From Candidatus Bathyarchaeota archaeon (GTDB lineage: Archaea > Thermoproteota > Bathyarchaeia > 40CM-2-53-6): a stretch of 64,000 nucleotides of DNA. The notes beneath the pieces are model-generated. The model was not told where the DNA came from and did no database searches. It worked only from the letters and a program-made list of their open reading frames with translations. Of this stretch, positions 57,077-64,000 are shown in pieces. The translations under genes were made by a program, and so were the position numbers. How positions within the stretch are numbered: the stretch's first letter is position 1; every line of letters begins with the position of its first letter. The DNA is taken from positions 160,001-224,000 of the forward strand of contig CAWHWX010000001.1 of NCBI GenBank assembly GCA_963833125.1, in the 5' to 3' direction.

Positions 57077-57320
57077 AGGTCTTCCTGTCACGCAAGGCAT
57101 CGAAAGCACTCAATGAAGCTCCTTCAGAATTGAGACGGCGGCTTGACGAGAAGATCTCTGAACTCTCTCTAACACCCTTTCCACGGGCTGTAGGAAACTC
57201 AAAGGAGTCCAAGACTCCTACAGACTAAGAGTCGGTGATATCAGGATATTGTACGCAATACTGGCGAAAGACGAAATACTGGTCTTCAAAATTGCGCGTG
57301 GCGAAGGCGCCTACACTTAG
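57073..57320 (+). CDS. relE: RelE/ParE-family toxin; frameshift near 57186
   Basis: Not in the ORF track: MKVFLSRKASKALNEAPSELRRRLDEKISELSLTPFPR/GCRKLKGVQDSYRLRVGDIRILYAI...VFKIARGEGAYT. Confidence 0.85.
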
Positions 57321-57353
57321 CTTGTTAAAACAATCTGCAACCGCGAACATTGA

Positions 57354-57383
57354 TGGTGGGGCCGGTGAGATTTGAACCCATGA
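57354..57383 (-). other. tRNA 3'-end fragment (att-like), acceptor strand most like tRNA-Pro
   Basis: Minus strand TCATGG-GTTCAAATC-TCAC-CGGCCCC-A-CCA gives a T-loop, correctly spaced acceptor strand, discriminator and CCA; no 5' half upstream. Confidence 0.7.
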
Positions 57384-57502
57384 ATCGTGGGGCTAGTGGC
57401 TACGGCGATGGTCCGATGCTTGCGAGTCATCGCAGTTGACGGGTCAGAAGATTCCTACTCGTCTAAGCAATTAGCCGACAAGTTAACAGAGCTTCAATAT
57501 CT

Positions 57503-57633
57503 AACACAGCTCAGCGAGCCAAGTAAGAGGACCTTCGTTACCAGAAAAACTGCAACTCGTTGGGATTCGTCATGCAAGCAAAGTGAAGCAGGTGCTGTAA
57601 ATAATTGTATTCGTCGAGTGCACCGATTTTCGC
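57503..57633 (-). pseudogene. Stub duplicate of the 5' end and upstream region of the GT32 gene (56081..56218)
   Basis: MTNPNELQFFW/EGPLTWLAELC versus MANSNEFQFFWYEGPLTWIAELC; upstream caggtgctgtaaata...ttcgtcgagt.caccgatt is shared. Confidence 0.8.
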
Positions 57634-57706
57634 ATTAAGGACCGGTTGGTTCCTCAACGTAGGTGCTAAAAGTAAGGACGCTAGGGGATTTCCTCTCGTC
57701 TGATTA

Positions 57707-58006
57707 GTGGAGTTACGCTTTGCAATGCGTCAAGTTGTGTGGGGGTGGCGGCGGAGTACTTGGGACGAAGCATCTAGTAGGCTTGTGTATTTCTCCGCAG
57801 ACTGTGACTACCTCAGCAACTCCGCCAAACTGCACGACTCACGCCTAGTGATCATCAGGCGAGGAGATGCCCTCGAAGATCTTCATGAAAAAGCACTCAA
57901 GGTTAAGGGAGCTCACGTCGAGTTCACCAAAAACAAGCTCTCCCTTTCAATCGGATCCATTCGCGGTGAGGATGAGCAGAGAATAGAAAGGTTGGATGCG
58001 GGTTAG
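57707..58006 (+). CDS. Hypothetical protein; possibly the frameshifted N-terminal domain of the downstream sirtuin-like protein
   Basis: 99-aa ORF ending 5 nt before 58012; the downstream frame is open back to 57976. Confidence 0.55.
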   Translation: MELRFAMRQVVWGWRRSTWDEASSRLVYFSADCDYLSNSAKLHDSRLVIIRRGDALEDLHEKALKVKGAHVEFTKNKLSLSIGSIRGEDEQRIERLDAG

Positions 58007-58011
58007 AAGAC

Positions 58012-58749
58012 ATGAGGTACGGGATCTCAGCCATTTTCATCAGACACACGACTGGCAGCGCCGCCTCGAAGCAGATAGGCAGAAAGCGGCCGCATCTCGT
58101 TGTTTATGTTGGAAGTGGGCTTAGCTACGAGGCGGGAATCCCAACCCTTCCATCCATGCACAAACTCTTTGGAGTCGATGGCGGGCCGGGAACCGAATTC
58201 TGTCTCGGACCCGCTGACCCCTTGATCGAACTCTTGAACGCAAAGACGTTTCCCTGGTTTGTGGGTAGGGTGCAACGGTTCCATTCCGCGTGCGCACGTG
58301 CCCAACCCTCTTCATCGCATCGACACTTACAACGAGCATATCGACAGGGACGAGTATCCTTGGTTCTCACGGACAATGTTGACGACATCCTTGAAAGGCG
58401 CTTCTCAATGCCAACGCTTCCCACGAGAGGAGATGGGCTCACATCCCAACGATACGCTGGACTAGATGAGGTTGTCAAGGTTGCTGAATCTGGTCCTCAC
58501 GCTATGCTGGTCATCGGCGTCTCCGCAGATCGACGAGGCGTCATCGAGTCCCTAGCTAAGCTAATGCCGACAATTGTCATCAACCCCGCACTCCCCGTAT
58601 CCCCCTCCTCCAAGAACCTAGACTATCTAGAACCCCTCGGGTTCGATGAAACGGGCGAATCCAAGTACGGACATGTTTTCATAAAGCAACCAGCTCGAAA
58701 ATGCATAGGCAAAGTGCTCTCACTCTTGAACAAGGCAGGCGCGGGTTAG
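58012..58749 (+). CDS. Atypical SIR2/sirtuin-fold NAD-binding protein
   Basis: VVYVGSGLSYEAGIPT (GAGxS motif), AQPSSSH, VLTDNVDDILER (TxNVD), LVIGVS, IVINP. Confidence 0.75.
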   Translation: MRYGISAIFIRHTTGSAASKQIGRKRPHLVVYVGSGLSYEAGIPTLPSMHKLFGVDGGPGTEFCLGPADPLIELLNAKTFPWFVGRVQRFHSACARAQPSSSHRHLQRAYRQGRVSLVLTDNVDDILERRFSMPTLPTRGDGLTSQRYAGLDEVVKVAESGPHAMLVIGVSADRRGVIESLAKLMPTIVINPALPVSPSSKNLDYLEPLGFDETGESKYGHVFIKQPARKCIGKVLSLLNKAGAG

Positions 58750-60081
58750 TTGAAGACAATCTCAATCTTCGGCCTTGGGCACGTAGGGTTAGTGAACGCG
58801 GTCTGCTTTACTCGAAGGGGCTACAAGGTAATCGGCATCGATGTCGACCAGCAGAGATTGAAACAGGTACAGAACGCCGAACCCCCCTTCATGGAAGCAT
58901 CCCTGCCCGAGTATCTGAGAGATTCGATAAACAGGAAACTGTTGCAAGCAACGGATGACACGTCGTTAAACGCTAAAGCCGACTACTGCTTCATAGCCGT
59001 GGAGACTCCGGGTAAGCCGGATGGAAGCGTCGACCTAAGTCACATCGAAGAGGCTTCAGTGGCGATAGGGCGGTCTCTTCGAAACAGGGATAAAAGCCAG
59101 CTAATTGCGATAATGAGCACCGTCCCTCCTGGAACCGCCCGAAACCTCGTCACCCCAATCCTTGAGAAAGAATCGGGGAAGAGGAGGGGCGAGGGGTTCT
59201 ATCTTTGCTCGAATCCGGAGCTGTTTCGTCAGGGTGAAGCGATTCACGACACAGAACAACCCGACCGCATCATAATCGGCGGCGACGAACAAGACATTAC
59301 AAAACTCGAAAGATTCTACAGAGAATTCTACGGTGATAGAGAGTACAGGGTACTACGCACCACGCATGAGAACGCTGAGTTAATCAAATACGCGAACAGC
59401 GCATTCATTGCAGCAAAGATCAGCCTCATCAACTCCATCGCCGACATCGCCGAACGAATCCCCTACGCCGACGTGAAAGTTGTCGCAAAAGGCATCGGCC
59501 TCGACCCGCGGATCGGGCTGGGAGCGTTACAGGCTGGGGTTGGGTGGGGAGGGCCCTGTCTTCCAAAGGATACCCTCGCCCTCACAAAGTTCAGCGAATC
59601 CCTAAACCTCGGCACTGAACTCCTCCAAGCAATTAGGGCAGTCAATGTCGCGCATGGTTACAAGGCTGTAAAACTTGCAAAAGACCTGTTAGGTTCGCTG
59701 AAGGGAAAGAGGATTGCAGTCTTGGGGTTGGCGTTCAAGGCTGACACAGATAACATGAAAGACGCCCCATCAATCGCAATCATCAAAAACCTCCTAACCG
59801 AAGGCGCACATGTAGTGGCGTACGATCCAAAATCCACCTCAACCGCAAAGAGTATGCTCGGAGACGAAGTTCAATACGCGATCGACGCACTCTCATGCAT
59901 CGATCAAGCCGACTGCTGCATCATCGTCACGGAATGGAATGAATTCAAACAAATTCGTCCAGAAACGTTTCTCAAGAGAATGAAGCAACCCATTGTAATC
60001 GATGGCAGACGGATCTACGATATCGATGTGTTCGCTAAAGCTGGTGTCCGTCTGGTGGCTGTCGGAGCATGGAACAGCTGA
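58750..60081 (+). CDS. UDP-glucose/GDP-mannose 6-dehydrogenase family protein
   Basis: GLGHVG, STVPPGT, NPE, PDRIIIG, ELIKYA, GLDPRIG, GWGGPCLPKD, GLAFKADTDN, DGRRIY. Confidence 0.93.
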   Translation: MKTISIFGLGHVGLVNAVCFTRRGYKVIGIDVDQQRLKQVQNAEPPFMEASLPEYLRDSINRKLLQATDDTSLNAKADYCFIAVETPGKPDGSVDLSHIEEASVAIGRSLRNRDKSQLIAIMSTVPPGTARNLVTPILEKESGKRRGEGFYLCSNPELFRQGEAIHDTEQPDRIIIGGDEQDITKLERFYREFYGDREYRVLRTTHENAELIKYANSAFIAAKISLINSIADIAERIPYADVKVVAKGIGLDPRIGLGALQAGVGWGGPCLPKDTLALTKFSESLNLGTELLQAIRAVNVAHGYKAVKLAKDLLGSLKGKRIAVLGLAFKADTDNMKDAPSIAIIKNLLTEGAHVVAYDPKSTSTAKSMLGDEVQYAIDALSCIDQADCCIIVTEWNEFKQIRPETFLKRMKQPIVIDGRRIYDIDVFAKAGVRLVAVGAWNS

Positions 60082-60280
60082 CCGCGTCCCGCACTCACAT
60101 TACTAATCTTTTTTGCAGCGGGAGGGAAGGTTCCGGTCAAATTGTTTTGGTTTAGAGGAGAGTTGAAACAGGATTGTGCTCGGTGCCGAGTTTATCTAAT
60201 CTTGAATTCTGAGTCGGATTTGAGATTGTTTGACCTTAGCTGGTTGTGCTGGTTATTTTTGCGGTCAGATAGAAATACCC

Positions 60281-60478
60281 TCAACGCTTACGATCCCTAA
60301 GCCTTCCTTGACCTGCTGGGTTTGAATGGAAGGCGCTCTTGCCTTCTCTGTGTTCCTTCAGTGCTTCCCTTAACGCTTGCGTGTCCTCCGCCGTCATCTC
60401 TTCGGCCAGCACATCCTCTATGGCCTCAAGCCGTCGTCTGATCAAGTGGAGTTCCTTTTCAAGAATCAGTCTCGACAT
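60281..60478 (-). CDS. Antitoxin paralogue of 56891..57076; cognate toxin deleted after six codons
   Basis: MSRLILEKELHLIRRRLEAIEDVLAEE...EALKEHREGK; overlapping TTG begins MRVFLS (cf. MKVFLS), then similarity ends. Confidence 0.8.
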   Translation of the reverse strand: MSRLILEKELHLIRRRLEAIEDVLAEEMTAEDTQALREALKEHREGKSAFHSNPAGQGRLRDRKR

Positions 60479-60792
60479 AGCAAGATGGTAATGAGGATCG
60501 GTTCCTTAAGCGATTATGCTCCCCGCACACGGAACCGTGAACTCTGGTTACATGGGTCCCGCCGGTTTCGAGTGTTGAGTTGGGTGGAGTCTACGGCATG
60601 CTTTCTTATCCACCCATGAGGGACCCACACGAAACCCACAGTGGGCCACACCCTTGTTTTCAAGACGTTTCCCGTGGTGGATGTTCAGCACTAAATGTCA
60701 CTCGTAGTCCTGGCGCTAGAAGCTGACTTTGTACTGATTCCAGAAATGCCTAATAGTACATACCATGGTAATGACCAGAGTACTGACTAAAG

Positions 60793-61020
60793 ATGCGTAC
60801 TGTCACAATAAAATTGGACGATATACTGAAGAAAAAGATGAGTGCCGTAACCATCAATTGGTCCGAATACATTATACTTGCCATTTGCGGACAGGGTGGA
60901 GAGGGAAGAAAAGAAAGAAGCAGCGGCCAAACTATTAGATGGCCTTCAACGAGGATCCCTCCGCGGTCCCCGAAAGGGTTCGTGAACGAGACTATCCGGA
61001 AGACCAGGGAAGAGCGTTGA
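60793..61020 (+). CDS. RHH/VapB-like antitoxin, probably with compensating frameshifts
   Basis: MRTVTIKLDDILKKKM..V.INWSEYI...ETIRKTREER; overlaps the vapC start. Confidence 0.7.
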   Translation: MRTVTIKLDDILKKKMSAVTINWSEYIILAICGQGGEGRKERSSGQTIRWPSTRIPPRSPKGFVNETIRKTREER

Positions 61021-61446
61021 AGGTATACGTGATTGATGCCTCCGTAGCCTCAAGGCTTCCTACTAGTGGAAGACCTCTCCTACCGGGCCAAACTTCTTCT
61101 GAAAGGCTTTCTCGACGAATCCGTAGACATGAAAGCTCCCGACCTAATCAAATCCGAAGTAGGCAATACGCTCTGGAAGGCGGTAAAGCAGAAACTGATA
61201 CGGTTGGACGATGCTTCAGAGAAATTATCCTACTTCCATAGACTGAAGATCGGACGAATTGAACTAACAGAACGAGACTACTTAGACGCATAATAGCTCG
61301 GGGCGTCAAGAATAACGCAACATATTACGATAGCCTCTACGTCAAGTCCTCCGAGAAAACCGCTCCGGACTCTGCTAACAGCCGACAACTCGCTCTCACA
61401 ACAAGGCATCAGAAATGTAAACGTCCTCCACCTGAGAGACCTCTAA
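61017..61446 (+). pseudogene. vapC: VapC PIN-domain toxin with several frameshifts
   Basis: MKVYVIDASVA, APDLIKSEVGNTLWK, TYYDSLYV and LLTAD recovered across frames. Confidence 0.8.
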
Positions 61447-61479
61447 ACCCTCATCACCAACTCATGTTTTCGTGACCCA

Positions 61480-61894
61480 TCATGTCAGACGTCGTATGAA
61501 TCTTGAGGGAGTCAATATTTCCGCCCGCTTAGACCTGCTGATTGCTAGTAAGTCCTTGTCTCCGGTGATTATGTGCGTCGCCTTAGCCTCTGCGGCGCAT
61601 GAAAGCAGTTTCAGGTCGTCAGGGTCGCAGATAGGGCTCTTACCGGCGCAAGGGGATCGTGAGCTTCGCAATTGCCAGGAGGAAGCTAAATGCCGTTGAT
61701 ACTTCTTCTTCGGTGAGTCGAAACTTCGGCCTTGACAAAACGTCCAGAAACTCTGCAAGAATCTCGGGTGAAATGAAGACATCGATATCGTCATTTGCGG
61801 CTAATCGAAGGAGCTTGGCCTCATTTCCGTTTTCGAAGAGTATGCCTGAAACCAACACATTGGTGTCCAGAACAACTTTCGGTCGAATGGTCAA
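61480..61894 (-). CDS. PIN-domain putative toxin (PIN_3 type); frameshift near 61640
   Basis: VVLDTNVLVSG, SPEILAEF.DVLSRPKF, then CDPDDLKLLSCA...IITGDKDLL. Confidence 0.85.
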
Positions 61895-62169
61895 ATCGCA
61901 GTTTTCTTCCTCTTCCGTCGCACCTGTTCTACTTCAGACTCCACGTCTTTTCTCGTGATTCCCAATCTCTTGATTCTCTTTCTAAGGGCCTTGAGATTCC
62001 CTTCAGCTTCAGCGAGGCCAGTAAGGCTTGCGCCCTTCAGAACGATGCTATCCCCAACTTTGAAGACAAGCAACCCCGCACCCTCCCTAATTCCAAGGGA
62101 ACTACGTATTTCTCTAGGAATCACCACCTGGCCCCTGCTTGAAACTTTCGTCACGTTGACTTCCAACAT
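61891..62169 (-). CDS. AbrB/MazE/SpoVT-family antitoxin
   Basis: TKVSSRGQVVIPREIRSSLGIREG; stop overlaps the PIN start. Confidence 0.9.
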   Translation of the reverse strand: MLEVNVTKVSSRGQVVIPREIRSSLGIREGAGLLVFKVGDSIVLKGASLTGLAEAEGNLKALRKRIKRLGITRKDVESEVEQVRRKRKKTAI

Positions 62170-62390
62170 GAATCCACCTCAACAAAATAAGAAACATCTT
62201 ACTTTTAATCTCTCCCCACGATTTACGATGTGGGTAAATCCAAACGTCCACCTTTACTATGGCAGGCATGCGGACAAATTGAACTCGGATGGTCCTCAAC
62301 ACCGGTTCCGCAACACTTTAGCAAACGCTTGAAATGTAGACACGAGTCAAATATATGGTTGAGACCAACCTAAACTGAAGGTACTGCGCT

Positions 62391-62636
62391 TTGCAGAAGG
62401 CTAAGGTGATCCATCCTTACACACCAGACAAGATTGTCAGCGCGCATCCGCATCTCAAACTGAAGCAAGTACACGACGCCCTATCGTACTACTACGAAAA
62501 TAGGAATGAGCTCGATGGAAAGATAAGGAAAGACAAGCAATTCGTCCAAGAACTTTCAAAGAAGTTAGGAGCAGAGATTAACAGTTCTACAGTTTCTCGA
62601 AAACGCTTCATGGATCATCTCGGTAGATCCATCTAA
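62391..62636 (+). pseudogene. C-terminal part of a DUF433-family antitoxin
   Basis: TPDKIVSAHPHLKLKQVHDALSYYYENRNELD; the N-terminal G.P.I.GTRI motif is absent. Confidence 0.65.
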
Positions 62637-62792
62637 CCCGTTCGGTTGAACCGTACGGAGGACAAGCGCCGTCGGTCTCTGAATGAAATCTTAACAGAAT
62701 TAGTTCCGCGCCTCGTCGCATTGGGTTGAAGGAAGATGCGTATGGTTGCGTTCGCGTTGGAGGGTGGGGTGCGGTGGTTGCGTAGATGGGTG

Positions 62793-64000
62793 TTAGAAAG
62801 ATCGGGTGATTGGTTTGAAGTTAGGTCGGGTTTGCTGGTGGGATGCGTAGATGGCTAACGCGAGGCTCCATAGTTGGTCGTCATGTGTGCCGGTTGGGTG
62901 GCTGAACTTGAGCGTTCCGGCTTTGGTGGGTTCGCATTGTTGTGCGGTCATTTGGGTTAGGAGTTGTTGATTGTCTCTTGGGAGTGTGAGTTTGCCTTGT
63001 TCTAATGCGAGTTTGAGTTTGCCCATGATGTCTTCTTTCGCTTGTGCGGTTAGGGTGATTCCTTCTATTCCTCGCATGAATTGTTTGGTCTCTTCGTAGG
63101 GGCCTTCACCCACTCCGGTCTTGTCGAGGCATCCTCCGGCAAAGGCGTAGGCCTGGTTCAATCTCCTCACTGTGCCTATTACCGAGGTGTATGGGGTTTC
63201 TAGCGGCAGTTCGTTAAGGTAGATGAGGTGAAGTTGGTCGTGGTCTTTCTCTAGGATGGCTATTGCAGAGTGGTCTGCGTGTTTTCCGAAGTCTATTCCG
63301 ATGATGTATTCGCCTCGGTGCTTTTCCGTTGGTTTAGGTTCTTGGTTTAGCTCGTAGTCATCTGTGCAGGTGAGGATTAGGTTGCTTGGTAGGTAGCTGA
63401 ATTCGTCGTCGATGAAAGCGGCGTTGTATTCACGATTATAATCGTATTCTCCTATTGTGTTTCTTTCCCGTTCAAGTTTCTTGGGGGTGATTAGTGGGTT
63501 GAGGGATGAGGGCCAGGTGTAGGTTTTGAAGCCTAGCTCGGGTTTGCTGAGGGCTTCGTGGAATGGGTGGTCACGCACCCAGGGCGTCGAGATCATAATC
63601 AACCTTGAGTTGTCGCGGGTTATCATGGTGGGTCTGATTACTGAGTCGATGACTAGTCTCGGAATGAAGTTCGCTTCATCCAGGATGACCATGTCTGCTG
63701 TGTATCCTCGGAGAGTTGCTCCGTCTCTTCCGCATGGTAGGGCAACAATCTCGGAGAGGTTTGCGAAGCGGATCTTGGTTCTAGACTGGTAGGTCATTAG
63801 TTTCTTTGCTGGGATGGAGTTTTCGGCTAGGTGGAGGATTTTGTCGAAGAGTATCATGCTCTGTCTTAGGCCGGCGCTGACGATCAAAGTGCGAGTTGCT
63901 TCGTTGGCGAGGGTGTAGTGGAGGGCTTTGATGGCGGTTAGGGTTGTTTTTCCAACTTGTCGGCCGCAGCAGGCGGCGATGAGTGGGGATTGGTCGCGTA
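62793..64000 (-). CDS. terL: Terminase large subunit (ATPase plus RNase H-like nuclease), 5'-partial
   Basis: Frame open to the window end with Walker A CGRQVGKT; LRG, Walker B VILDEA, ISTP, REYNAAF, GIDFGK..D, DKTGVG, HDDQLWSLALA. Confidence 0.92.
   Translation of the reverse strand, partial: RDQSPLIAACCGRQVGKTTLTAIKALHYTLANEATRTLIVSAGLRQSMILFDKILHLAENSIPAKKLMTYQSRTKIRFANLSEIVALPCGRDGATLRGYTADMVILDEANFIPRLVIDSVIRPTMITRDNSRLIMISTPWVRDHPFHEALSKPELGFKTYTWPSSLNPLITPKKLERERNTIGEYDYNREYNAAFIDDEFSYLPSNLILTCTDDYELNQEPKPTEKHRGEYIIGIDFGKHADHSAIAILEKDHDQLHLIYLNELPLETPYTSVIGTVRRLNQAYAFAGGCLDKTGVGEGPYEETKQFMRGIEGITLTAQAKEDIMGKLKLALEQGKLTLPRDNQQLLTQMTAQQCEPTKAGTLKFSHPTGTHDDQLWSLALAIYASHQQTRPNFKPITRSF

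Noticed and set aside
57998-58749. Both ORFs of the sirtuin locus end in GCGGGTTAG
   Set aside because: A 9-bp match with no further similarity; compatible with chance.
7407-61894. Programmed frameshifting, phase variation or mass pseudogenisation as the cause of the many split genes
   Set aside because: Breaks are single-base indels, mostly +1 in 2-4 nt homopolymers, without slippery heptamers or long SSRs, and are spread over unrelated genes with intact motifs. Long-read consensus error is simpler; read polishing would settle it.
62260-62288. Third tRNA-like 3' end (minus strand CCGAGTTCAATTTGTCCGCATGCCTGCCA)
   Set aside because: The T-stem does not pair and the spacing to CCA is off by one.
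38366-64000. Single provirus linking the S74 fibre and the terminase
   Set aside because: They are separated by more than 23 kb of glycosylation genes, the fibre has a cellular Tat signal, and no capsid, portal or integrase is seen.

Overview
Archaeal genomic window; TACK, Bathyarchaeia-like by inference from the proteasome beta subunit, MJ1316/DUF504, RtcA, a CFI-box-like C-terminal domain and archaeal toxin-antitoxin (TA) families. 1-4.9 kb is housekeeping: psmB, an MJ1316-domain protein, acnA and rtcA. 5.2-6.2 kb holds small TA genes. 6.3-14.6 kb is a two-gene surface locus. Its first gene encodes a giant (~2,400 aa once six single-base indels are corrected) secreted Cys-rich protein of about 21 tandem ~105-aa Ig-like repeats with a Thr-rich stalk and C-terminal membrane anchor, translationally coupled to a CFI-box-type membrane protein. 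15-56 kb is a surface-glycan island with Wzm/Wzt, GT2/GT4/GT32 enzymes, about seven GT-C-like polytopic membrane proteins, methyltransferases, WecB and nucleotide-sugar dehydrogenase/epimerase genes. It also contains internal duplications, gene stubs and two Tat-exported proteins, one of them a fibre with a peptidase S74 intramolecular chaperone. 56.9-64 kb holds several TA modules, a tRNA 3'-end remnant, an atypical sirtuin, a UDP-glucose dehydrogenase and a portal-less terminase large subunit running off the window. Many genes carry single-base frameshifts, mostly in short homopolymers, which are most simply read as uncorrected long-read errors; split ORFs are therefore merged here. All family calls are from motif recognition; no searches were run.
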